A stretch of 64,000 nucleotides of DNA. It comes from Promethearchaeota archaeon (GTDB taxonomy: Archaea > Asgardarchaeota > Lokiarchaeia > Sigyniarchaeales > SOKP01). Location of the stretch: assembly GCA_048939995.1 (NCBI GenBank), contig JBHLOY010000003.1, positions 32,001-96,000 of the forward strand. Direction: 5' to 3'. The notes beneath the pieces are model-generated. The model was not told the origin of the DNA, made no database searches, and saw nothing but the letters and a program-made list of their open reading frames with translations. The position numbers and the translations under genes are program-made. Positions within the stretch are counted from its first letter, which is position 1. Every line of letters begins with the position of its first letter. Shown here piece after piece: positions 1 to 11,200 of the stretch.

Positions 1-304
1 CTTAGCAGGCTATGACGTTGACTTTTTTATAATCATTTTGGCTCAAATTATTACATTCTTTACTAAAACTATCCCAATTACGCCAGGGGGTTGGGGTTTT
101 TCTGAGATAATTGGTACCGCAATTATAACTTTATTTTATCCTATTTATCTCCCTATTAATAATGAGATATTATCTCTCTTTGTATTAGATCACTTTTTAA
201 GAATATTTTATGTTTTTATATATGGGGGAATCTCTACTGTCGCAATTAATTTTAAATTCAAAGAAGTAAGCGTTGATCAAATCGCTAGAAATTCAAATAG
301 CTAA
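1..304 (+). CDS. Lysylphosphatidylglycerol synthase TM / flippase-like (UPF0104) membrane protein, 5'-truncated by window edge
   Basis: Frame open from window start (LAGYDVDFFIIILAQ...); IPITPGGWGFSE matches the family P-x-T-P-G-G-x-G-x-x-E motif; hydrophobic; next to GT2 gene. Confidence 0.75.
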   Translation, partial: LAGYDVDFFIIILAQIITFFTKTIPITPGGWGFSEIIGTAIITLFYPIYLPINNEILSLFVLDHFLRIFYVFIYGGISTVAINFKFKEVSVDQIARNSNS

Positions 305-1018
305 TTATAAGTATTGTAATCTCAATTTGAATAAGTTCAAAAATATAAATAGTGGATCTAGAACTTTAATTTTTGAACCTTCTTCATGTTTCCATTCTAT
401 TGGTAATTCATGAATTATATATTTATGTTTCCTCGCTTTATATAGAAGTTCTACATCAAATTCCCATCTAAATGATTTGAGACTCTTGAAAAGATCTATA
501 GCAACCTCCTTTTTAAAGCCTTTAAAGCCGCAAAGTAAATCATTTATCTTTATTCTAAATAGTAGATTTGAATACACATTGAAAATTTTACTTAATAATC
601 TCCTACTAAAAGGTTGAGGGATGGTAACTTTAGAAGATTTTTGAATTCGAGAACCCACAATTATATCAGAATTATATTTTTGGAATGATTTTAGTAAATT
701 TTGTATTTCAGATGGTGGTGTAGAACCATCAGCATCCATAAAAAGAATAAACTTTCCTCGAGCTTTTAATACTCCCTGTTGAATAGCATACCCTTTCCCC
801 ATATTTTTTCTATAACTTATAAGTTTTAAATCTGATTGAACTTTTTGAAGATTTTGGACGATCTTTTCAGTCTTATCATTGGATCCATCATTAATAATAA
901 CTATTTCGAAATTCTTTAGATTTAACCTCGAGAAGCTAATTAAATTCTTTAAAAAATACGAGATTCTTTTCTCTTCATTATAAGCGGGGATTAATATACT
1001 AATTACTATTTCTTCCAT
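305..1018 (-). CDS. Dolichyl-phosphate glycosyltransferase (GT2, Alg5/DPG-synthase-like)
   Basis: IPAYNEE, NDGSxD, NMGKGYA, FMDADG, DLLCGFK, WEFDVELL motifs. Confidence 0.88.
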   Translation of the reverse strand: MEEIVISILIPAYNEEKRISYFLKNLISFSRLNLKNFEIVIINDGSNDKTEKIVQNLQKVQSDLKLISYRKNMGKGYAIQQGVLKARGKFILFMDADGSTPPSEIQNLLKSFQKYNSDIIVGSRIQKSSKVTIPQPFSRRLLSKIFNVYSNLLFRIKINDLLCGFKGFKKEVAIDLFKSLKSFRWEFDVELLYKARKHKYIIHELPIEWKHEEGSKIKVLDPLFIFLNLFKLRLQYL

Positions 1019-1162
1019 AAATTTCCTTTTTTAATTCAATTCATTATTTTATAATTACCTTTGAATATAGTATTCTATTCTTCAGAAAATTTTAATTTAA
1101 TTGATCTTTAAAGTTCTTATTATTTCACTTATTTTAAGGATAACAGATGGAAGTAGTAATAT

Positions 1163-2248
1163 ATGTTATTAAAAGATCAAGAAGGTTTATGGAAAGTTAG
1201 GAATTATCGCAGATTAGGGCTTATATTAGTTTCTATTGGTATTATCATAAGAATCATTATGCTCATATATTACTATGTGGTTCATTTAGATCCTACATTC
1301 CCCTGGGGAGATATATTGATAAATTACCATACAACGGACTCTATGTTTACTGGTGAGTGGATTTGGGCTCCAACAGAATTAGAATATCCCCCATTAACTT
1401 TAGTTTTGCTTTTATTTTTAAAAATAATCTCGTTTGATATATTTGAATTATTTGTATTTTATGCATTTCTTTTCGAGTTAGGGACATCTCTTTTATTTTA
1501 TTATGTTCTTAAGAAATTCAATATTTCGAATGCATTATTTGTATTAGGTGTTTTTTTAGTAAACCCATTTGTCTTTTTGAATAATGTATTCAGTCCTTTT
1601 AATTGTGGTTATCATATTACTGATAGCATATTCTATTTGTTTCTTATTTTAGCTTTATATTTATATCCAAAAGAAGATAAGAGACTATTTTATTTATTTT
1701 CGGGATTAACAATGTGCGCAAAATGGTTTACTTTACCGGCAGCACTATATTTCTTTTTCAAATTTCTTTTGAATAAAGATTGGAAACAAATTAAAAACCT
1801 ATTGATCTACTTAGGGGTACCTATTCTAGTTTTATTAGTTTCTCCGTTGTTATATTTGCCAAATTATATTGATCTTTATATCAGTTGGATCTCAAGCTCG
1901 AAAACAGCACTCCCGTACCAACCGCCTGAATATGTAAAATTAATCATATTTGGGGGAATTTTCTTGATTTATTTAATATTAAGACTACGAAAGGCCGATT
2001 TACTTGAGATCACATTCTTTTCAGTCATCGTCATGTTTTCTATAATGTTTTGGAGAAGGCCATATGTGAGATATTTAACTCCACTAGTTCTATATGGTCA
2101 TTTAAAGACAAATGAAAACATTATGACAATTGATCTTAATTTAAAGATAACACGTGTTCACTTTAGGATAGGAAATCATCTTTTTACTTATATTTTATCA
2201 GGTTTGGGATGCATTGTGGCAATTGCGATAATAATTTTCGTGTTTTAA
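1163..2248 (+). CDS. GT-C fold polytopic membrane glycosyltransferase (GT87/PIG-M-like)
   Basis: Many TM helices; Asp in first loop (WGD), EYPPL motif, NPF, K-x-x-x-x-P after a helix; divergent from the Dol-P-sugar synthase. Confidence 0.6.
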   Translation: MLLKDQEGLWKVRNYRRLGLILVSIGIIIRIIMLIYYYVVHLDPTFPWGDILINYHTTDSMFTGEWIWAPTELEYPPLTLVLLLFLKIISFDIFELFVFYAFLFELGTSLLFYYVLKKFNISNALFVLGVFLVNPFVFLNNVFSPFNCGYHITDSIFYLFLILALYLYPKEDKRLFYLFSGLTMCAKWFTLPAALYFFFKFLLNKDWKQIKNLLIYLGVPILVLLVSPLLYLPNYIDLYISWISSSKTALPYQPPEYVKLIIFGGIFLIYLILRLRKADLLEITFFSVIVMFSIMFWRRPYVRYLTPLVLYGHLKTNENIMTIDLNLKITRVHFRIGNHLFTYILSGLGCIVAIAIIIFVF

Positions 2249-3492
2249 AATGATTTTTCAGCTATCTGAGTACTACAAGGAAAAACTGCTACTTTAGGGG
2301 AATTTCCATACTTTCTTTCTAATTCTTCTATCAAATTATTCCATTCATTGAATAGTTTAACAGATTCAGGGAAAAAATGATTTTTATCAAATTCATTTAC
2401 GTTTGGTGAAAATAAATACACTCTTCTTTTCTTTATAAATGATTTCCATACTACACTATCTCTTAAATTCTTATATAGTTTGGATCCTGTTTCAGCTAAA
2501 AGACTATGGTATCCTCTTCCCTCGTATGAAGATGTCATAATGATAATTGCACCATAGCGATCGAGGATTTTATTGGGAGCGGTCATCAAAAAATTGAAGG
2601 CTTTATATTGAGCTTGACTAAGCTCAGAATCTTCTGGAAATGAATTAAAGAAACAAATCTGATTATCTAAAGTAACCTTTGTTGAATAAAATTGTTTTCC
2701 AAATTCCATTGCTCTTCTGTGAGCATCTTTAAAATGACCTGAAAACAATTTAGCGATTTTTCCTTCTTCATTCAAGATTGCATTAATAGAAAAATCTAAA
2801 CCTATTTTTTCTACAGCTTCTTCTATATCTCTTCGTATATCTGTCATTCTTCCGATGCCAGCACCTATTCCTCTCATTCCAGCAGAGTGATTTGCTTCTA
2901 ATGTGCGAATGCCACATACTCCTGGCAATATCATCTTTGCTCCACCTCCAAAACCAGCTAACCCATGGGGTATCACACCTCCTATGGAAATCTTCAAATC
3001 TGCCTTAAGATATATCGAATTAACATCAATGGGGGTACCCTTACTAGATTCTCCTATATAGGTTAAATTCTCATAAGGATGATGATTTTCAATTCTCATG
3101 GTATCAATAATTCCCTTTCCAAGCTTTAAGGTAAAGTCTTGTCTATTCATTGGTCGATGAGCGCCAATAGCAGCGATAATAGTAATTTTCGCTTTCCTTA
3201 TCCCTCCTTCTTCAATTTCTTCAAGTACATATGGTAAAATTCTTGATATTTGCGTAGTTCTGGTCATATCATCAATTACTATTACAGCATTCTTCTTTTC
3301 CCTTGCCAAGTCTAACAATTTAGAAGTACCAATTGGATTTAAGATAGAGTATTTTATATCATCATCAGATAATTCTAAATCTTGAGCTCCATTCATTCTA
3401 CAAGTTACTACATCCCAAGAACCTGGAAACCTTAAATCGAGAGAATTTGGTTCGCACCAAGCAGCCCAGGGTATTTTTACTATTTTAGACAT
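2245..3492 (-). CDS. LarA-family nickel-pincer racemase/epimerase
   Basis: DDMTR, AIGAHR, NHH, PHGLAGFGGGAK motifs. Confidence 0.85.
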   Translation of the reverse strand: MSKIVKIPWAAWCEPNSLDLRFPGSWDVVTCRMNGAQDLELSDDDIKYSILNPIGTSKLLDLAREKKNAVIVIDDMTRTTQISRILPYVLEEIEEGGIRKAKITIIAAIGAHRPMNRQDFTLKLGKGIIDTMRIENHHPYENLTYIGESSKGTPIDVNSIYLKADLKISIGGVIPHGLAGFGGGAKMILPGVCGIRTLEANHSAGMRGIGAGIGRMTDIRRDIEEAVEKIGLDFSINAILNEEGKIAKLFSGHFKDAHRRAMEFGKQFYSTKVTLDNQICFFNSFPEDSELSQAQYKAFNFLMTAPNKILDRYGAIIIMTSSYEGRGYHSLLAETGSKLYKNLRDSVVWKSFIKKRRVYLFSPNVNEFDKNHFFPESVKLFNEWNNLIEELERKYGNSPKVAVFPCSTQIAEKSF

Positions 3493-3601
3493 AATATCTT
3501 CCCTAATTATATGGCTTAAAGGAAATTTTTGTTTAATAATTAATAAAAAATTATAAAATTATTAAAGTAATTTCAAATTTCAGAACCACACAACGAACAA
3601 T

Positions 3602-4060
3602 ATGAATGAACCAAATAATAGAAGAATTTCAAAGGATTCATATTTCATGAAAATTGCTGAAGTTGTTTCTCTAAGATCAACCTGCATAAAAAGAAAAGTT
3701 GGAGCTGTGTTAGTAAAAGATTCACATATTCTTTCTACTGGATATAATGGGGCTCCTTCTGGTTTCAAACATTGTACACCCGAAATATGCGTAAGAAAAA
3801 ACTTAAAGAGCGGAGAAAAGCCAGAATTATGTCGGGGAGTGCATGCGGAAATTAATTGTATAATACAGGCAGCCATTCATGGGACCTCCATTAAAGGCAA
3901 TACCAGCTTATATACTACTACATTTCCCTGTATGGATTGCCTAAAGCTAATTATTAATGCTGGTATCAAAAAATTAATCTATAAAGAAGGTTATAATATG
4001 GAAAACAAAATTAAAGAGACTCTTCTAAAAGAGTCCTCATTGCATATCATGCAAGTTTGA
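3602..4060 (+). CDS. dCMP deaminase (ComEB family)
   Basis: RSTC..VGA, GYNG, HAE and PCxxC zinc motif. Confidence 0.92.
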   Translation: MNEPNNRRISKDSYFMKIAEVVSLRSTCIKRKVGAVLVKDSHILSTGYNGAPSGFKHCTPEICVRKNLKSGEKPELCRGVHAEINCIIQAAIHGTSIKGNTSLYTTTFPCMDCLKLIINAGIKKLIYKEGYNMENKIKETLLKESSLHIMQV

Positions 4061-4149
4061 CCTTTATATTTTTTTCTATAAAAATGTAGAAAAAATAGCG
4101 TAAAATCTTTTAATATACTTTAATGATTACCTAGTAATTATTATTTAAG

Positions 4150-5586
4150 ATGAAGAATCTAGTGGGTGACAAGGAAAACTTAGTTGTAATGAAATTTGGT
4201 GGTTCTTGTATAAGAACAAAAGAATCATTTGATCAAATTCTCAAAATTATAGAATCTCACAAAGAGAAATATAAGTTGATAATCACTACCTCTGCTGTAA
4301 ATGGAATTACAAATAAATTGATCCAGTTTTATGAAAAATCATGTTTAGAGGATAAGGAGTGTGCTAGAATACTTAAAGAAGTTTATAATTTACATTACAA
4401 TCTTTTAAATCAAGTAGTCATCAATAAGACCCCAGAATATACAGATACTTTAAGATTTATCCAAAAAAATATTGAAGAACTTACCCAGTTGGGCAAAGTT
4501 ATACGTTTAATTAGACCTAGTTTAGATATCCAAGATTTAATATATTCCTATGGGGAAAGATTAAGCACTTTTATTTTATGTGAATATTTAAAATCTAATA
4601 ATATCAATGCAATTTATGTTTCTTCCGATGATATAATTCTAACAGATGATAATTTCGGAAATGCTTTACCATTATTGGAAGAAACCGAAAAGCTTGTCGA
4701 AAAGAAGCTTATCCCTCTTATAGAGGAAAAAAAGTTTACTGTCATTTGTATAACTGGATATTATGGAGCCACATTTGATAAAAAGATTACAACTTTAGGT
4801 AGAGGGGGTACTGATCTCACTGCTGCGGTGCTAGCATACTCATTGAGAAATAATTACAATTGTAAGGTTATTTATTGGAAAGACGTTAAAGGTCTTTTAA
4901 ATGCTGATCCAAAAATAACTAAAAAAGCTGCTTTATTAAAAACTCTTTCTTATAATGAAGCGAAAGAATTAGCATTTTTTGGTTCTGAAATTTTACATCC
5001 AATATCTTTAGATGTGAATGAAAAAGGTAATGTCCTTTCTGAAATAAGATATTTTGAAGAACCTGATTCAGAAGAATTTACAACACTTACAAAGGAACTT
5101 ATTAAAGATGCTAAAATCGTAAAAGCAATAACTTCCATCCATAAACTATCCATGGTGACTCTCGAAAGTGATACTATGGTTCCCTTGCCAGGAACTGTCT
5201 CAAAATTGTTTTCTCTTTTAGGTGATAATAAAATCAATCTAGTATTTATTTCTCAAAGTTCATCTGAGAATAATATTACTTTTGGAATTAATTTTGCCGA
5301 TTCTCAAAAAGTTAATTCTTTGCTTAGATATTCTGAATTTTTTGGTAAAAAATGGTTTAAAATTAAAGTGGATAATGAGATTTCTTTAGTTGCTATTATA
5401 GGAATTGGTTTATTAGAAACTCCTGGTATTGCAGGTAAAGTTTTTACTCAATTAGGAGATAATGGAATCAATATAAAAGCTATTGCCCAAGGCTCATCAG
5501 AGTTGAGCTTTACGGCTATTATAGACAGAGAAAATTGCATTAAAGCAATAAATGTATTATATGATGCATTTATTAATCAAACATAG
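4150..5586 (+). CDS. lysC: Aspartate kinase with two C-terminal ACT domains
   Basis: VMKFGG, GERLS, TTLGRGGTD, DVxG..ADP, ACT motifs ISQSSSE and IAQGSSE. Confidence 0.9.
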   Translation: MKNLVGDKENLVVMKFGGSCIRTKESFDQILKIIESHKEKYKLIITTSAVNGITNKLIQFYEKSCLEDKECARILKEVYNLHYNLLNQVVINKTPEYTDTLRFIQKNIEELTQLGKVIRLIRPSLDIQDLIYSYGERLSTFILCEYLKSNNINAIYVSSDDIILTDDNFGNALPLLEETEKLVEKKLIPLIEEKKFTVICITGYYGATFDKKITTLGRGGTDLTAAVLAYSLRNNYNCKVIYWKDVKGLLNADPKITKKAALLKTLSYNEAKELAFFGSEILHPISLDVNEKGNVLSEIRYFEEPDSEEFTTLTKELIKDAKIVKAITSIHKLSMVTLESDTMVPLPGTVSKLFSLLGDNKINLVFISQSSSENNITFGINFADSQKVNSLLRYSEFFGKKWFKIKVDNEISLVAIIGIGLLETPGIAGKVFTQLGDNGINIKAIAQGSSELSFTAIIDRENCIKAINVLYDAFINQT

Positions 5587-5591
5587 CTTTC

Positions 5592-6827
5592 TTAAAAGAA
5601 ATTATTAAATTTTGTTCTTGCCAAGGATCTTCTATTCCTTTTTCTCTCATTACTTGACAATTTATTCAATAATGCATCATTACATATCTTTTTACCAATG
5701 ACTACTTTAGGATTATTAGCCCAATTCACTTCCAATAAAAGGCATGTATAATATACACAAGTTTGAATAAATGCAATTAATTGACCAATATTATAAGCAT
5801 TAGGAATTTCTAATGAAATTTTAGCAGTTGGTACAACTTGTTCTATTAATGCTTGAAATGTGGCATCTGCTTGATAATTTATTACTGTTTGCGCTGTTTG
5901 GCCATCAATATAATCGAGAGAAGAGTCTAAATTTATATCAACTAAATCATTTTTTACAGTCCAAATTAATGGTAAGACGATACCTTTCATTCCACCAAGT
6001 AGGTATTCTAATACTGAATGCTGGCATAGAGGTGCTGATTGGTAAGCCCCCATTAATCCTTTATCATCTTTTCCTGTGCTTTCTGATACTTCTTGGACAA
6101 AAAGGCCAACTGAACCTTCAAGATTAACAGAATATGGCATAGAAAATATCACTCGATATCCTTTTTGATATAAATTATAAAAAAAAGCAGCCAATTTAAC
6201 AGCAAAATTTCCATCATTTTTCAGGATAATCTTATAGATTGTATCTAAACCTCTTATGAATTGATCTATATTAATATCTGCTAAATATGCAGGCACAATT
6301 GCAACATTAGATATGGAAGCCGCAAATCTTCCAGGTAGATCAGGGACATCAAGAATCAAACAATCCAATTCTCTCAAAATTTTATTCATAGTTCCCATTG
6401 AAGAAAGTCCTAAGAATTTATATCCTCTTTTTGTAAATGTACCAATAGTAGAATTTACATCAATAGTTTCTCCAGCTCTAGAAATGGGGATCACAATTGA
6501 GTTTTCAGGTTTAGTGGCTTCCAAACAGGCTTTTAATTCTACTGCTCGAGAGCTTGTAATTGGATAAATTTTTTTTTTTGCGAGATGTTTTAATGCCATT
6601 AAGGTTTGAATAGAGCCACCCGTACCCAAAACAATTATATTTTGAATTGATTCAGTTTTAAGGTGGTCTATCATTTCTTTCATCTTATTTATTTCAATGT
6701 AAGATTTGGTGTCAAAAAAGAAAGGCGGATCCCACTTTTCTTTTCTCATATTGATCAAATTAATCGAATCTTCTATTTGATCACTACTAACTTCTGGATA
6801 ATACTCTATTTCGAATTCTTTACTCAT
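5592..6827 (-). CDS. pgi: Glucose-6-phosphate isomerase (SIS/PGI family)
   Basis: GTGGS, SRAGET, GRF, QxxSESxGK, QHS, NxPxVxxGK motifs. Confidence 0.75.
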   Translation of the reverse strand: MSKEFEIEYYPEVSSDQIEDSINLINMRKEKWDPPFFFDTKSYIEINKMKEMIDHLKTESIQNIIVLGTGGSIQTLMALKHLAKKKIYPITSSRAVELKACLEATKPENSIVIPISRAGETIDVNSTIGTFTKRGYKFLGLSSMGTMNKILRELDCLILDVPDLPGRFAASISNVAIVPAYLADINIDQFIRGLDTIYKIILKNDGNFAVKLAAFFYNLYQKGYRVIFSMPYSVNLEGSVGLFVQEVSESTGKDDKGLMGAYQSAPLCQHSVLEYLLGGMKGIVLPLIWTVKNDLVDINLDSSLDYIDGQTAQTVINYQADATFQALIEQVVPTAKISLEIPNAYNIGQLIAFIQTCVYYTCLLLEVNWANNPKVVIGKKICNDALLNKLSSNERKRNRRSLARTKFNNFF

Positions 6828-6962
6828 TTTAAATCACATAAATTAATTTAAAAATTGATAAATTTGAACTCTATTTTATTTAAAATATTTTTCCTCGTAT
6901 TTATACCATAAATAATTTCAATATTTAAATTACACTAAATTTTTTATCTTATGTGAATATTT

Positions 6963-8210
6963 ATGGCAAAAGCTACTGAAATGAAAAGAATAAATAATAA
7001 CGAGAATGGAGAAGCTTATTATTGTACCGAATGTAAACGAAACCACACTAAAGGAAAGATTTATAAAGAGCATCTTGAGTTTGCTCGAAATACTGAAAAG
7101 GAAGAAGATATTAATAAATTTGATAATTTAGAACTGAATGAAGATGCTTATATTGATGAAGAGGATATAGAAGAAGATTTAGAGCTTGAAGAAGAAGTTG
7201 ATGATATAGAAAATGAGGGAGAGGATGATGCAGATTTCGAACAAGATATTCTTAATAAAGATGCACAGACTTGCGTTGAAGCTGTCAAAAAACTCCCTGG
7301 AGTGGGAGACGCTACATTAAAAAAACTTATTAAAGCGGGTTTTAATAGCCTTGAATCAATAGCATATACACCTCCCAGCATTATCCAAGAAGAATCTGGA
7401 TTGGGAGAAAAAACTACTACTAAATTGATTAAATCATCTATGGAGCAGCTTGGAATAGGATTTAAATCTGCTGAAGTCATCTGGGAACGTAGAAAGAATA
7501 TTGCAAAGATTTCAACAGGAAGTCAAGAACTTGATGATTTATTCGGAGGTGGAATAGAAACTGCGTGTGTTATAGAATTTTTTGGGGAATTCAGAACTGG
7601 TAAGACTCAAATTATGCATCAGTTATGTGTCAATGTTCAGCTACCGCGAGAGAAAGGAGGACTTGAAGGAAGAGCTTTATACGTTGATACAGAAGGCACA
7701 TTTAGACCAGAAAGAATAATTCAAATGGCTGAAGCTCTTGATCTTGACCATAACAATGTGTTAAAAAATATCATTTTTGGAAGAGCATATAATTCAGATC
7801 ATCAAATCCTTTTAATTAAAGAGGCAGCAAATCTGATTAAAGAGAAAAATATAAAATTAATAATTGTTGACTCATTAATCGGTCACTTTAGAAGTGAGTA
7901 TATTGGGAGAGGCACTTTAGCTAATCGTCAACAATTGATTAATTCTCATTTGCATGATTTATTAAGGTTAGCAGATATTCATCCGGAGCTTGGAATTGTT
8001 GTTACAAATCAAGTACAAGCAAAACCAGATGTATTTTATGGAAATCCTATCCAAGCCGCAGGAGGTAATGTAGTGGCTCATGGATCCACAATTAGAGTCT
8101 ATTTGAGGAAAGGAAAAGGAGAACAGAGAATAGCTAAAGTAGTTGATGCCCCTCATCTGCCAGAAGGAGAAGCTGTCTTTAGTATTACAGAAAATGGGAT
8201 AACAGATTAA
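6963..8210 (+). CDS. radA: DNA repair/recombination protein RadA with zinc-finger plus acidic N-terminal extension
   Basis: HhH (LPGVG), FxxA polymerisation motif (GFKSA), Walker [19 protein letters not shown], Walker B LIIVDS, TNQV. Confidence 0.96.
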   Translation: MAKATEMKRINNNENGEAYYCTECKRNHTKGKIYKEHLEFARNTEKEEDINKFDNLELNEDAYIDEEDIEEDLELEEEVDDIENEGEDDADFEQDILNKDAQTCVEAVKKLPGVGDATLKKLIKAGFNSLESIAYTPPSIIQEESGLGEKTTTKLIKSSMEQLGIGFKSAEVIWERRKNIAKISTGSQELDDLFGGGIETACVIEFFGEFRTGKTQIMHQLCVNVQLPREKGGLEGRALYVDTEGTFRPERIIQMAEALDLDHNNVLKNIIFGRAYNSDHQILLIKEAANLIKEKNIKLIIVDSLIGHFRSEYIGRGTLANRQQLINSHLHDLLRLADIHPELGIVVTNQVQAKPDVFYGNPIQAAGGNVVAHGSTIRVYLRKGKGEQRIAKVVDAPHLPEGEAVFSITENGITD

Positions 8211-8265
8211 AATCTAATTACAAAATTTTTTAAAAAAATTAAGGAAATTAATTATAATAAAATTT

Positions 8266-11200
8266 TTATTTTAATTTTTCATATTCATTTGCTTTATTGG
8301 TTAATCTTTTAACTTCTTTTGTCATATTAGTGTCTCCTAACTTGAAAATTTCAGAAGCAAGTTTAGATGCGTATTTGTATTTTTGAGCGACTTCTTGATA
8401 GTTTTTCTTTTTGATAAATAATTTAGCTTCATTTTCTAATTCTTTCTTTTTTGCTGTTAATTCTACGATTCTGGTTTTTCGAACGATCTCTTCTAGTTTA
8501 ATAAACTCTTTAGATAACTCCCAGTTTGATGCGATCATTGCAGCTTCTTGATATAACTCTATAGCTTTTTGATAATTCTTTTTGCTCTTTGCTTTATTAG
8601 CTCGATTGAACAATTCTTTTGTTCCATTTCTTGCCTGTTTTTTGCTGGCAATTTCAATAGTCCCAACTTTCGACATAATAGGAGCAGAGACTATTTTTTG
8701 CTTTTCAGTTATGCTAGAAAGATAAGCTTCTCTTTCGGCAGGACCCATCTGTGCTAAATTATTTACTAAACTTTGTCTCTCTTCAGAGGAAAGAGTAGTT
8801 AATTGTGAGATTCTTTGATTAATTAAATTAATTTCTTGTTGTGAAATTGGTTGTACTTCTAGACTAGAAATTTCAATAGGTACTAGCATCTTTTTATCCC
8901 TTAGTTCTTTAACACCCATAAAAATTTCCGCTGTGTCTTTATTTGTTTTTTCAGAAGCCTCTTTCAATAATGTCGCTACAAAAAAGAATTGTCTTTCTGT
9001 TTCTTCGCAACAAGAGTGAGCTATTTTTAATACCTCTCTTGAATGAGGATTTTTTAGATCTTTAACACCTGAATAATCATATGTGATTTGATGAGGCAAA
9101 ATTATAGAAGTACTTAGGATATCATCTACAATTTGGCCAGCGTTCCTAAAATGCATTAGTTGACCTCTCCAGCTTGGTAAAACATCTGCATATGTCTTTT
9201 CAAAGGCATCTATAAATTGTTTTAAGTTTCTTCGCAAAATTAATGATGCCTTTTTAGACAACACAAGCGCAACTCGTATATATTGACCATCCGCTAATAG
9301 TAACATTTTGTCTCCATAAGAAATTTCATTCAAAGCTTCCTGGGCGACCATTTCTTTTCCAAATGAGGATACTGCAGTTAAGAATCCTCCTATCAGCTCG
9401 GGATCAATTTGCTCTGATCCATAGGATTTAAAGAAAATACATGTACCAGTTTCTTTATATAAAACTACAATGTGTTCAAGATTTATCGCATCATCAAAAA
9501 CAGTTTTAACTTCTGATAGAATCCGTGCTTTTTCTCTCTTTCTTGGAGTAACAATCCCCTTATATACAGCAACAGATCCAGCTATACCCACTAAAATAAC
9601 AGCTCCGATTATGATATAGGGTAGAAAATCTGTAATACCCGGAGGAGGTATTATGACGATATCTGAAATTTCAACAGAATATTCTTGATGATAATATCCA
9701 CTAGTCAATAGTATTGTTAAATTCAGTGTGCGAGTATCTATATTAGTAAGTATTATAAACGACCTTTCTCCTGTACTATTCGTTGTATATGGCCCCAGTG
9801 GGGTACCTGCAATATTATTATAATAGGGGGTTACCGTAAGAGATGAATTAACGATTGGCAACCATACAGTGCCATTAAAATATTCGGCTTTTATTACAAT
9901 CTCAAACTGGCGGCCTGCATCTACGCTTGTGGGTCTAAATAATGTTAAATTTGCCTGAAACTTGCCTTTAACTGTTAAATAATATGTGAAAGTTACATTC
10001 TCATAGTTAAGTTTACTCATAGTGATATTTATAGCATAATTCCCTATTGTTAAAGCAGGATTTGAAGTAGTAAGAGATCCTTGATGATTTTGAGTTACAA
10101 TTTGAAATGAACTAGCAATTAATCCTCTTGTTCCAGTGTTTAAATTTCTATAACGAACTATGTATGAATCTCCTAATGTAGAAACTAAATGATCATTATT
10201 TTCAGTATCTGTTACATTAAATTCTATAATTGTATTACTTCCTTCAAATATTGTAAAATTATATCCCGGACCTGTAGGATCTAAAATTCCACCTGGATCT
10301 GAATATGATTTGAAATTTATCAGTGAAAAGTTTCCTCTAATATAAAAAGTAAGATAAGATATGTCATAATCGTAATTTGGGAATTTTGAGGCATTAACTT
10401 GTAAAGTATACCAACCAGCGTTTCTATTTGCTAAACTAATGTTCAGAATATACCATCCATCATTTAGTGGATTAATTAGATTCCACCCAGGAGTCCAAAT
10501 GCTCCCAGTAGCGTTATTCCTTACAATTATATCACTTGAAATAAGATTTTGAATACCTTGATCATTTGTGGTATCATTGAAGTAAAATTGAAATGTTTGA
10601 TTTAATCCTGAGTTCCGTGGTATATTAGGGATCCACGAAGTACTCTCAATACGAGTAGTGATTATTTGAACATTCACTCTTAATTGGATTATTTGGGTCT
10701 CATTCCCAATTGAATAAATCTCAAATGTAAAGAAGTATGGGGAACCAGCTACATTGACATTATCAGTATCTAAGTGCATAGTATAACCTCCTCCACCCTC
10801 ATTTTTAAGAAACGAATCAAAACCATATGAACTCCCCACTACAGACCAAGACGCTTCTGTTATTGGATTAGTTAAAGTATCGGCATAATTAAATGTATAA
10901 GAAACGTTTTGGCCGCGTATAACATCCCCTAAGTCAGCAGAATTACCCGGTGTAATAATTGTAGTAATTTGGCGATGAAACATGAAGGAAGTTGTTAAAT
11001 TAACGTAGAATTGCTTACTTGCTCTAATAGGAATCGTGATATATCCAAACTTAGTGAAATCTGGGTCATCAACATAAATAGTTATATTATATATACCACT
11101 TCCTAAATATGCAACATTTTTGGATTTGTACGTACCATTTAAACTATACTCTATGGTTGCGTCAGAAAGACCCTCAGGTTTAATAATATCTCTATATTGA

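Noticed and set aside
6569-6579. 11-nt T homopolymer (A11 on the coding strand) in pgi as a phase-variation or slippage site
   Set aside because: The frame is intact, and A/T runs are common in this AT-rich sequence
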